From Candidatus Stammera capleta (GTDB lineage: Bacteria > Pseudomonadota > Gammaproteobacteria > Enterobacterales > Enterobacteriaceae): DNA of 64,000 nucleotides. Positions within the stretch are counted from its first letter, which is position 1. Each line of letters opens with the position of its first letter. The position numbers and the translations under genes were made by a program. This document shows, piece after piece, positions 1 to 8,411 of this stretch. Under the pieces are notes generated by a model that ran no database searches, was not told the origin of the DNA, and saw only the letters and a program-made list of their open reading frames with translations. The stretch spans positions 7,667-71,666 of the forward strand of contig CP144787.1 of the NCBI GenBank assembly GCA_036689305.1. Reading direction: 5' to 3'.

Positions 1-1631
1 CTCAAATAAATTTAAGTATGTTAGATTTAGTTTTATCAGGTACTAGGAAGGGAATTTTAATGATTGATGCTTCTTGTAATTTTTTAAAGGAAAAAGAGAT
101 ATTGAATGCTATTTATTATGGTTATAAAAATATTAAAAATGTTATAAAGAATATTTCTATATTTTCTGAAAAATATTTTAATAGTAAAGTTAATGTTTTG
201 AAAAAAACTGATATTCCTAGATATTTTTTATCTAAAGACATACTTAATATAATTAATAAATATAAGGGATATTTTAAAAAAGCTTATGATATCAGTAATA
301 AAATTTTAAGAAATAAAAAAATAAAAGAAATAATTAATAATTTATTTATTAAATTAAATAATTCAAAAGAAATATTTTCTAAGTTTTTAGTTCTAGAGGA
401 AATTCGTAAAATTGAACGTAAAATTTTAATAAATAAATTAGTTAATTTTAATAAACGAATTGATAACCGTGGATTAGATGAAATACGTGATATTGATATT
501 AAAATAGGTTTATTACCTAAAAGAGTACATGGTTCTGCTTTATTTACTAGAGGTGATACTCAAGCATTAGTGACTGTAACTTTAGGTACATATAAGGATG
601 CACAAAATTTTAATGATCTTTTTTTAGGAGATCGTTTAGATAAATTTATATTTCATTATAATTTTCCTCCCTATGCTGTAGGTGAAATTGGTAATATTGG
701 TATTCCTAAGCGTAGAGAGATAGGACATGGATACTTAGCTAAAAAAGGTGTTTTTCCTGTTATGCCTGAAGTTAAGGATTTCCCTTATACTGTGCGTGTG
801 GTATCGGATATTTTAGAATCTAATGGTTCTTCTTCTATGGCTTCCGTTTGTGGTGCATCTTTATCTTTAATGGATGCAGGGGTGCCAATAAAAGATTCTG
901 TTTCTGGCATAGCAATGGGATTAATAAAAAATAATATTAATGATGAAGTTTTTATTTTATCAGATATAATAGGTGATGAAGATAGATTGGGTGATATGGA
1001 TTTTAAAGTAGTGGGTACTAGTAGTGGAATTACAGCATTACAAATGGATATGAAGATAGCTGGAATTACATGTGAAATAATAGAAAAATCTTTATTAAAA
1101 GCTAAAGAAGGTAGATTATTAATTTTAGATAAAATGAATTCATTTATTTCTAAAGTTAATAGAAATTTATCTCCCTTTGCTCCTAAAATATATACTATAA
1201 AAATTAATAAAAATCAAATTAGGAATGTTATAGGTAAAGGAGGTTCTGTAATAAAATCTTTAACTGAAAGATATAATTGTGTAATTGAAGTTGAAAATAA
1301 TGGTGTAATACAAATTACATCTAATAATAAAAAAAATATTATTAATGTTATTAATTATATTAAAGAGATTACGTCACAAGTTAAAATTGGTGTTATATAT
1401 TTAGCTAAAGTAATTAGAATTGTTGATTTTGGTATTTTTGTTTCATTTTTAGGCAATAAGGAGGGTTTAATTCATATTTCACAGATATATATTAATAAAA
1501 ATATTTTAAAAAATAGAAAAAGAAATAATAAAAATATATTAAATTTTTTTAAAATAGGGCAAAAAATTACTGTAAAAGTTTTAGAAATATGTTCTATAAA
1601 TAATAAAATTAAGTTAAGTATGAGAATTTAA
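1..1631 (+). CDS. pnp: Polynucleotide phosphorylase (PNPase), 5'-truncated by window edge
   Basis: The reading frame is open from nt 3 to the TAA at 1629-1631. The translation matches the C-terminal two thirds of PNPase: second RNase PH core (GDEDRLGDMDFKV), KH (IGKGGSVIKSL) and S1 (VDFGIFVSF..EGLIHISQI). The ATG at 18 is internal and the true start lies upstream of the window. Confidence 0.93.
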   Translation, partial: QINLSMLDLVLSGTRKGILMIDASCNFLKEKEILNAIYYGYKNIKNVIKNISIFSEKYFNSKVNVLKKTDIPRYFLSKDILNIINKYKGYFKKAYDISNKILRNKKIKEIINNLFIKLNNSKEIFSKFLVLEEIRKIERKILINKLVNFNKRIDNRGLDEIRDIDIKIGLLPKRVHGSALFTRGDTQALVTVTLGTYKDAQNFNDLFLGDRLDKFIFHYNFPPYAVGEIGNIGIPKRREIGHGYLAKKGVFPVMPEVKDFPYTVRVVSDILESNGSSSMASVCGASLSLMDAGVPIKDSVSGIAMGLIKNNINDEVFILSDIIGDEDRLGDMDFKVVGTSSGITALQMDMKIAGITCEIIEKSLLKAKEGRLLILDKMNSFISKVNRNLSPFAPKIYTIKINKNQIRNVIGKGGSVIKSLTERYNCVIEVENNGVIQITSNNKKNIINVINYIKEITSQVKIGVIYLAKVIRIVDFGIFVSFLGNKEGLIHISQIYINKNILKNRKRNNKNILNFFKIGQKITVKVLEICSINNKIKLSMRI

Positions 1632-1676
1632 TATTTTTTATAATTCTTTTAAGATAATTTAGAGATTCTGTCTTAT

Positions 1677-3041
1677 ATGATTAGTTTTGTTGTTAATAAA
1701 TTATGTAATTTTAATATTTTTGGTTTTAGAAAGGAAATTTTACGTGTATTAGATGAAGTGGGTTTTAGAAAACCTACTGATATACAAAAAAAATGTATAC
1801 CTTTATTTTTAAAAGGTCATGATATTTTAGGAATAGCTAAAACAGGAAGTGGCAAAACAGCAGCTTATATTCTTCCTATTTTAAATAAAATATCTAAAAT
1901 AAATAAAATACAATCCTTGATTTTATTACCAACAAGAGAATTAGTTATACAAACTACTAATTTTTTTAATACATTTAATAAATATATTAAATTAAATATA
2001 TTATCTTTATATGGAGGTCAAAAATATAATATTCAATTAAATTCTTTAAAGAAAGGTGTTCATATTATAGTAGCAACTCCTGGTAGATTATTAGATCATT
2101 TAAAATCTAATAATTTAAGTTTATCTGAGTTAAAAATATTAGTTTTAGATGAAGCTGATGAAATGTTACGCATGGGTTTTATAGAAGATGTAAAAAAAAT
2201 TATATTTTATACTAATAAAAAAAGACAAAATATTTTATTTTCAGCAACTATGCCTTTTGTTATTAAGAAAATAGTATATGAATTAATGCGTAACCCCAAA
2301 GAAGTGTATGTTTCTAAAAAAAAATATAATATTCCTAGTAATATTACACAATATTATTGTTTAGTTTCTTATAAAAATAAACGTAATATTTTAATGAAAT
2401 TTTTAGAATCTGAATTTTATTCAGCAGCTATAATTTTTGTACGTACTAAAATTTACACAACTGAATTATCTTCTTTTATAGAAAGTAGAGGTTATTCCTG
2501 TTTATTTTTAAATGGTGATATGACTCAAGATTTAAGAGAAAGAACTATTAATAAATTACGTAATGGTGAAATATTGATATTAGTGGCAACTGATATAGCT
2601 TCTAGAGGTTTAGATATAAAAAATATTAATTTAGTTATAAATTATGATATACCTATGGATATAGATTCATATGTACATAGGATAGGAAGAACTGGAAGAG
2701 TTGATGAAAAAGGTAAAACTATATTGTTTGTTAGTAATTCGAAAGAAAATAGATTTTTATTTTTTGTTAAAAAATATATTAAAAATATAAATAAAATTAA
2801 TATTCCTAGTAATAAAGTTTTATTAAGAAAGCGTTTTTTAAAGATTTCAGATTTAATAAGTAATGTTAATTTAAGAAAGGATACTAAATTTTTTTTATTT
2901 TTAAATAAATTTTTAAATAAAATAATAAAACATCTTAATTTGGATATTAATAAAATATCTATATCTTTATTGGCATTAGTTTATGAGAGGTTTTTTTCTT
3001 TTATTTCTTTAGAAAAAAATAGAAACTTTAATAAATTTTAA
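1677..3041 (+). CDS. deaD: ATP-dependent DEAD-box RNA helicase DeaD/CsdA (short form, no basic C-terminal tail)
   Basis: Helicase motifs AKTGSGKTAAY, PTRELV, VLDEADEMLRMGFIEDV, SAT and HRIGRTGR. Long blocks are identical to E. coli DeaD (AAIIFVRTK, NYDIPMD..SYVHRIGRTGR). It neighbours pnp as in enterics. Length is 454 aa versus about 629 in E. coli. Confidence 0.88.
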   Translation: MISFVVNKLCNFNIFGFRKEILRVLDEVGFRKPTDIQKKCIPLFLKGHDILGIAKTGSGKTAAYILPILNKISKINKIQSLILLPTRELVIQTTNFFNTFNKYIKLNILSLYGGQKYNIQLNSLKKGVHIIVATPGRLLDHLKSNNLSLSELKILVLDEADEMLRMGFIEDVKKIIFYTNKKRQNILFSATMPFVIKKIVYELMRNPKEVYVSKKKYNIPSNITQYYCLVSYKNKRNILMKFLESEFYSAAIIFVRTKIYTTELSSFIESRGYSCLFLNGDMTQDLRERTINKLRNGEILILVATDIASRGLDIKNINLVINYDIPMDIDSYVHRIGRTGRVDEKGKTILFVSNSKENRFLFFVKKYIKNINKINIPSNKVLLRKRFLKISDLISNVNLRKDTKFFLFLNKFLNKIIKHLNLDINKISISLLALVYERFFSFISLEKNRNFNKF

Positions 3042-3192
3042 TCATATATTAAGTATGAATAATTTTTGGAATAGTATAGAAAAAAATATAAGAAAATATT
3101 TTTTTTTATATTTATTTACTTTAATAATATTTTTATGTAAATTAGTTATTTTATATTTTATTTTTCTTTATAGAAGAAAATTTTTATTATTA

Positions 3193-3265
3193 TAGGTGAT
3201 AATGGATTTGAACCATTGACCTTCTCCTTGTAAAAGAGATGCTCTACCAACTGAGCTAATCACCT
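3193..3265 (-). tRNA. tRNA-Val (anticodon UAC)
   Basis: The reverse complement AGGTGATTAGCTCAGTTGGTAGAGCATCTCTTTTACAAGGAGAAGGTCAATGGTTCAAATCCATTATCACCTA folds as a cloverleaf with anticodon loop TTTACAA. It is close to E. coli valT. It has an A1-U72 first pair and no encoded CCA. Confidence 0.93.
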
Positions 3266-3283
3266 TTATGTAATTAGTTAAAT

Positions 3284-3636
3284 TGGAGCTGACGGGATTC
3301 GAACCCGTGTCCATAATATTTTATTTTTTTGTTCTACATGTTTATTTATTTTTTTTTATTAATTATAAATTTATAAAATAAAAAAATAAATTATTTATAA
3401 TTTGTCTTTATAGTTTTCCTATTATAAAACAAGACTATTTATAATAGTATCTCTTTTAAAAAAAATATTTTTATATTTTAAAGAGAAATTATATAAAAAT
3501 ATTTTAGCCAGCTTATGCTGCTAAAGCGTAACTGCTTTTACTAATTTTTGCATTTATTAACGGTTTTTAACGCGACCTACCGTATCTCGACATGCACATA
3601 TTAACATAAATATTATGTCAAAACCTATACAGCCCC
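3284..3636 (-). ncRNA. ssrA: tmRNA (SsrA)
   Basis: The reverse complement begins GGGGCTGTATAGGTTTTGAC and ends GGACACGGGTTCGAATCCCGTCAGCTCCA, a tRNA-Ala-like acceptor and T-arm with a G3:U pair. The internal tag frame is the complement of 3513-3551: GCA AAA ATT AGT AAA AGC AGT TAC GCT TTA GCA GCA TAA, giving AKISKSSYALAA-stop. It lies directly next to smpB. Confidence 0.9.
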
Positions 3637-3679
3637 ATGAAATCTATTTATAAAATTTTACTATTAAAAATAAATTAAA

Positions 3680-4120
3680 TCAATAAATATTTATTTTTTT
3701 TCTTTCTTTATTCCATATTTTTTGCATAATTTTTTTTTTTTTATCGAATTTTTTTTTTCCTTGAGCTAAAGCTATTTTAATTTTAAACCAAGGATTTTTA
3801 ATAATTAACGATAAAATAATTATAGTATATTTCTTATGTTTTATTTTATTTATTAAATAATTAATTTCCTTTTTTTTTAATAATATTTTAATTTTTCTTT
3901 CTTCCTTAAGTTTTAAATTTTTTTTTATTTTTTTGATTTTTATACCTTTAGCATAAGGAATTTTATTTTTATTGATTAGTATAAAACCTTTTTCTAAATT
4001 TATATTTTTTTTGCGTATAGATTTTATTTCATATCCTTTTAATGATATACCGGCTATTATTTTTTTTTTTATTAAGTAATTAAATTTAGCTTTTTTATTA
4101 TATATAATATTTTTTTTCAT
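3680..4120 (-). CDS. smpB: SsrA-binding protein SmpB
   Basis: The N-terminus NKKAKFNYLIKKKIIAGISLKGYEIKSIR parallels E. coli SmpB ([29 protein letters not shown]). It is adjacent to ssrA. Confidence 0.9.
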   Translation of the reverse strand: MKKNIIYNKKAKFNYLIKKKIIAGISLKGYEIKSIRKKNINLEKGFILINKNKIPYAKGIKIKKIKKNLKLKEERKIKILLKKKEINYLINKIKHKKYTIIILSLIIKNPWFKIKIALAQGKKKFDKKKKIMQKIWNKERKKINIY

Positions 4121-4304
4121 GTATTTTAGTATATTATTTTTAAATTTTTAATTTTTAATATAATATTGTAATTTTATATATTTTTTTATAAAAAATATTT
4201 TTATTAAATTATTGTTTTAAAATATTTAATATTTATAAATTATTAATATATAATATAATTTTGAAAATTTGTTTATATAATAATAAATTTATGGTATTTT
4301 GTAT

Positions 4305-4961
4305 ATGAATGCAAAAAAAAATGATGTAGAAAAAACATTTGATGATGTTAAAGAAAGATCTACTTTGGAAAGAGATTCATGTGAATTACATAATAATTTA
4401 CATTTGAATTGTTTAGGGAATTTTAAAGAAAAAATAAAGTTTTTAAAAAAAAAGGTTATTAAAAAAAAAAAAAAAATTACTTATTTAAAAAATAAAATTA
4501 TTGATTTAAAAAAAAATATTTGGGATATAGATTTACGTAATAAAGCTGAAATAGATAATATATGTAAACGTCATCAGAAAGATGTTACTAGTATTAGTAA
4601 ATATTCTATTTCAAACTTTGCTAAAAGTTTATTATGTATAATAGATAGTTTACAGAATACTATAAATGTTTTTAAAAGTAAAGATATAAAAATTAATATA
4701 AATTCAGTGTATGAAGGTATAGAGTTAACTTTAAAAAATTTTTTATCTGTTATGAAAGATTTTGGTATTACTGTTATTAATGAAACTAATATTCCTTTTA
4801 ATCCAGAATATCATGAAGCTATGTCAGTTGAAGAATTTAAAAAAGAAGAAAATAATTCTTTGAAAGATAATATAGTTGTTGGTATATTACAATATGGTTA
4901 TATTATTAATGGTCGTTTATTAAGACCAGCTATGGTTAAAGTATCTAAAGAAATTAAATAA
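4305..4961 (+). CDS. grpE: Nucleotide exchange factor GrpE
   Basis: The C-terminal GrpE signature is present (FNPEYHEAMSV ... GYIINGRLLRPAMVKVSK). The ORF track starts at a TTG at 4299, but I prefer the first ATG at 4305. The gene contains an in-frame A16 run. Confidence 0.9.
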   Translation: MNAKKNDVEKTFDDVKERSTLERDSCELHNNLHLNCLGNFKEKIKFLKKKVIKKKKKITYLKNKIIDLKKNIWDIDLRNKAEIDNICKRHQKDVTSISKYSISNFAKSLLCIIDSLQNTINVFKSKDIKININSVYEGIELTLKNFLSVMKDFGITVINETNIPFNPEYHEAMSVEEFKKEENNSLKDNIVVGILQYGYIINGRLLRPAMVKVSKEIK

Positions 4962-5026
4962 TTTTAGATGTTAATTATTTTTTAATAAATATAGATTTTT
5001 AAAATTATATAAATTATAATATATCA

Positions 5027-5098
5027 GGCCCTTTAGCTCAGAGGTAGAGCAGGCGACTCATAATCGCTTGGTCATTGGTTCGATTCCAATAGGGGCCA
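5027..5098 (+). tRNA. ileX: tRNA-Ile2 (anticodon CAU, lysidine-type; would be scored as Met by anticodon alone)
   Basis: GGCCCTTTAGCTCAGAGGTAGAGCAGGCGACTCATAATCGCTTGGTCATTGGTTCGATTCCAATAGGGGCCA is nearly identical to E. coli ileX/ileY through the anticodon arm (GGCGACTCATAATCGCTTGGTC). No CCA is encoded. Confidence 0.85.
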
Positions 5099-5115
5099 TT
5101 TATTATTAAATTTTT

Positions 5116-5811
5116 TTATTTAATGTAATATTTTTTAATAAATTTAAAATTTTTATCTAATTCATATATTAGAGGTTTACAAGTTAGTATTTCGATATTT
5201 TCTATTTTTTTATCCGATATATTTTCAATATATTTTATTAAGGATCTTAATGAGTTTCCATGGGCAACAATTAATATTGTATTAAGTTTATTTTTTTTTA
5301 TATTTTTTATTATATTATTTTTCCAGAATGGCACTACTCTATTAAATGTATCTTTTAAACTTTCTCCGGTAGGTATGTATTTTTCTTTTATATTTCTGTA
5401 TTTTATATCTTTACCTGGATATTTATTGCTATTTTGTGTTATTTTAGGTGGTTGTTTTATATAACTTCTTCTCCATTTAAATACCTTTTTTTCACCATAT
5501 ATTTTTATTATTTCTTTTTTATTTTTACCTTGCAATTTACCATAATGTCTTTCATTTAATTTCCAACTTTTAAAGTTATTTATCCATAATAGGTCTAATT
5601 CATTTAAAACATACCATAGGGTATTTATTGCTCTTTTTAAAAATGAAGTATATGCATATTCAATATTTATATTTTTTTTTTTAAATATTGATCCAACTTT
5701 TTTTGCTTCTAATATTCCTTGTTGTGATAAGTTAACATCTATCCATCCTGTAAATATATTTTTTTTATTCCATATACTTTCGCCGTGTCTTAGTAAAATT
5801 ATTTTTTTCAT
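5116..5811 (-). CDS. gpmA: 2,3-bisphosphoglycerate-dependent phosphoglycerate mutase
   Basis: The dPGM active-site N-terminus LLRHGESIWNKKNIFTGW is present, along with the downstream ERHYG and AHGNSLR motifs. Confidence 0.92.
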   Translation of the reverse strand: MKKIILLRHGESIWNKKNIFTGWIDVNLSQQGILEAKKVGSIFKKKNINIEYAYTSFLKRAINTLWYVLNELDLLWINNFKSWKLNERHYGKLQGKNKKEIIKIYGEKKVFKWRRSYIKQPPKITQNSNKYPGKDIKYRNIKEKYIPTGESLKDTFNRVVPFWKNNIIKNIKKNKLNTILIVAHGNSLRSLIKYIENISDKKIENIEILTCKPLIYELDKNFKFIKKYYIK

Positions 5812-5814
5812 TTT

Positions 5815-6504
5815 TTAAAATTTTTTAATATTTTTATGTTTAATAATTTGTATTTTTTTCTTTTTTTTTTTTAATAAATCTATAAAGTTATAAGATTTTT
5901 TTATAGAATATTTTCCTATTTTTATTCTAATTAATTTTATTATATATGCTCCGTATTTTAATTTTTTACCTATTTCATGTATTAATCTACGTATATATGT
6001 TCCTTTAGAACAAGTTATCTTTAATTTTAAAATATTTAATTTAAATTTAAGTAATTTAATATTATGTATATATATTTTTTTTTTTTTTTTTATTGATATT
6101 CCTTTAATGGCATATTTATATAAAGGTATACCTTTGTGTTTTAAGGCTGAGTATTGGGGTGATATTTGTATTTTATTTCCTATAAAAGTAGATAATATTT
6201 TTTTTATTTTTTTTTTATTTAAGTTTTTAGGTTTATTATATGTTTTATTAATATAACCATATGAATCGAAAGTATTTGTTGTTTTACCTAATTCTGAACT
6301 TACTAAATAAGTTTTTTTTTTTTTTATTAGAAAATTAAATAATTTTGTGCTTTTTCCTAAACAAATAAGTAATATTCCAGATGCTACAGGATCTAAAGTA
6401 CCTACATATCCAGCTTTTTTTATTTTTAGTATTTTTTTTATTTTTTGTAAGGTATTATTTGATGTTATTCCACTAGGTTTATTAAATATTAATAATCCAT
6501 CCAT
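5815..6504 (-). CDS. truB: tRNA pseudouridine-55 synthase TruB (catalytic domain only)
   Basis: Motifs GLLIFNKPSGITSN, AGYVGTLDPVASGIL (catalytic Asp) and CSKGTYIRRL. It sits in the nusA-infB-rbfA-truB order. Length is 229 aa versus about 314 in E. coli. Confidence 0.9.
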   Translation of the reverse strand: MDGLLIFNKPSGITSNNTLQKIKKILKIKKAGYVGTLDPVASGILLICLGKSTKLFNFLIKKKKTYLVSSELGKTTNTFDSYGYINKTYNKPKNLNKKKIKKILSTFIGNKIQISPQYSALKHKGIPLYKYAIKGISIKKKKKIYIHNIKLLKFKLNILKLKITCSKGTYIRRLIHEIGKKLKYGAYIIKLIRIKIGKYSIKKSYNFIDLLKKKKKKIQIIKHKNIKKF

Positions 6505-6508
6505 TATT

Positions 6509-6880
6509 TTATATATATATGTTTTTATTAGCTTTTTTAATTAGATTAATAATATTATTTTTTCTTTCATTAAATGTATCATATAAAAAATATATTTTAG
6601 GAATATATCTAATTTTAGATGTTTCTTTTATTTTTTTTTTTATGAAATTTTCATATTTTTGTATCTGTTTGATGTTATGTTTTATAATATTTTTGTTTTT
6701 TTGATTTATAAAATTAATATATATATTAATAAATTTAAAATTTTTAGAAATATATATATGTGATAAATGAATTAATTCTTTTTTTTTAAATATAAAATTT
6801 AATTTAAATAAAAATATTTCGGAAATTTTTTTTTTAATTTTTTGTTTTAATTTATTTAAAATAATTTCTTTAATTATCAT
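6509..6880 (-). CDS. rbfA: Ribosome-binding factor A
   Basis: The call rests on size (123 aa) and position between infB and truB, exactly as in enteric bacteria. There is weak RbfA-like conservation (IRYIPKIYFLYD near the C-terminus). The sequence is highly diverged. Confidence 0.75.
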   Translation of the reverse strand: MIIKEIILNKLKQKIKKKISEIFLFKLNFIFKKKELIHLSHIYISKNFKFINIYINFINQKNKNIIKHNIKQIQKYENFIKKKIKETSKIRYIPKIYFLYDTFNERKNNIINLIKKANKNIYI

Positions 6881-6890
6881 ATAATATTTT

Positions 6891-8387
6891 TTATATATTT
6901 TTAACTTCTATTATATCTCCTATTTTGATATTATAAAAATTTTTAATATTTATTCCACATTTATTTCCCTTTTTAACTATATTAACTTTATTTTTGAATA
7001 TTTTTATTGATTTTATTTTACCCCTATGTATTATTTTATTTTTTCTTTTAATAATTAAAAAATCGTTTTTTTTTATTGTACCTTTTATAATTAAACATCC
7101 AGCAATAGTGTTAGAATTATTTTTTGATTTGAATATATTTTTTATAATAGCTCTTCCTTTGATTTTATTTAATATATTTTTTTTAAATTTTTTTGATATT
7201 TTTTTTATATCTTTTATTAGTTTATAAATCAAATTATAAAATTTTATTTTTATATTAAATTTTTTAATATTTTTCTTTATATTATTTTCTAATTTTATAT
7301 TAAAAGCAATTATTGTGGCTTTTGAATTATTAGCTATTAATAAATCAGTATTATTTATATTACCTATTTTAGCGTATATTATATTATATATATTATTTTT
7401 TATATAATTATTTATTAATTTTTTAATAACTTGTATATTGCTATATGTGTCGCATTTAATAATTAAATTGATTTTTTTTGAATTAAATTTTGAAAAATTT
7501 ATTTTTATATTTTTTTTATTTTCTTTTTCATTTTTTTTTTTAATGTGTATTTTTTTTTTTTTTTGTGCTATTTTTTTAGCAATTTTTTTGTTTTTTATTA
7601 TTAAAAATTTTTTACCAGATTTAGGTAAACTAGAAAAACCTAATATTTTTACAGGCATAGGGATTTTAGTTTTTTTTATTTTATTATTGTTATTATCAAA
7701 TATTGTTTTGATTTTCCCATATTTATATCCTGATAATATTATATCTCCTATTTTGATAGTTCCATTTTTTATTATGATATTAGTTATTATTCCTAGTTTA
7801 TTTTTGATATAAGATTCTATTATTATTCCATATGTAGGTTTTTTTTTTTTTATATTTAATTTTATTTTTTTTGATTCTAAAAAAATTGTTTTTATTAAAT
7901 TATTTATACCTGTATTATTTTTAGTTGATATTTCAATAAAATAGTTATTACCCCCCCATTCCTTTGGATATATATTATATATACTAATTTTTTTTTTTAT
8001 TATCTTTATATTTTGAAGGTAGTTTTTTTTGTCTATTTTATTTATTGCTATTATTAGTGGAACTTTATATTTTTGGGAATATTTTATAATTTCTATTGTT
8101 TGCGGCATTATTCCGTCATCTATAGCTATTACTAATATTATAATATCAGTAATATTTATACCTCTTTTTCTCATATCAAAAAATACTTCATGACCAGGAG
8201 TATCTAAAAATGTAACATTGCCATATTTAGTTTTTATAAAATATATATTTATTTTTTGAGTTATATTTCCCTTCTCTTTTTTTTTTTTTTTATTAATGCA
8301 GTTAATTAAAGATGTTTTTCCGTGATTTACATGTCCCATAATAGTAATTATGGGAGTTCTTTTAGAGTTTTGTATTTTATGATTCAT
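6891..8387 (-). CDS. infB: Translation initiation factor IF-2, N-terminally minimal form
   Basis: The G domain begins at residue ~10 (RTPIITIMGHVNHGKTSLIN, DTPGHEVF, NKID), followed by IF2 domain II and C-terminal domains. It starts 24 nt downstream of nusA. Length is 498 aa versus 890 in E. coli. Confidence 0.92.
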   Translation of the reverse strand: MNHKIQNSKRTPIITIMGHVNHGKTSLINCINKKKKKEKGNITQKINIYFIKTKYGNVTFLDTPGHEVFFDMRKRGINITDIIILVIAIDDGIMPQTIEIIKYSQKYKVPLIIAINKIDKKNYLQNIKIIKKKISIYNIYPKEWGGNNYFIEISTKNNTGINNLIKTIFLESKKIKLNIKKKKPTYGIIIESYIKNKLGIITNIIIKNGTIKIGDIILSGYKYGKIKTIFDNNNNKIKKTKIPMPVKILGFSSLPKSGKKFLIIKNKKIAKKIAQKKKKIHIKKKNEKENKKNIKINFSKFNSKKINLIIKCDTYSNIQVIKKLINNYIKNNIYNIIYAKIGNINNTDLLIANNSKATIIAFNIKLENNIKKNIKKFNIKIKFYNLIYKLIKDIKKISKKFKKNILNKIKGRAIIKNIFKSKNNSNTIAGCLIIKGTIKKNDFLIIKRKNKIIHRGKIKSIKIFKNKVNIVKKGNKCGINIKNFYNIKIGDIIEVKNI

Positions 8388-8411
8388 ATATTTTATTTAA
8401 TATAATTTTAG

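Noticed and set aside
4261-4290. A possible sigma-32 heat-shock promoter upstream of grpE (TTGAAAA at 4261).
   Set aside because: Only the -35-like half is present, and no CCCCAT-like -10 follows at the proper spacing. TTGAAA occurs frequently in this composition.
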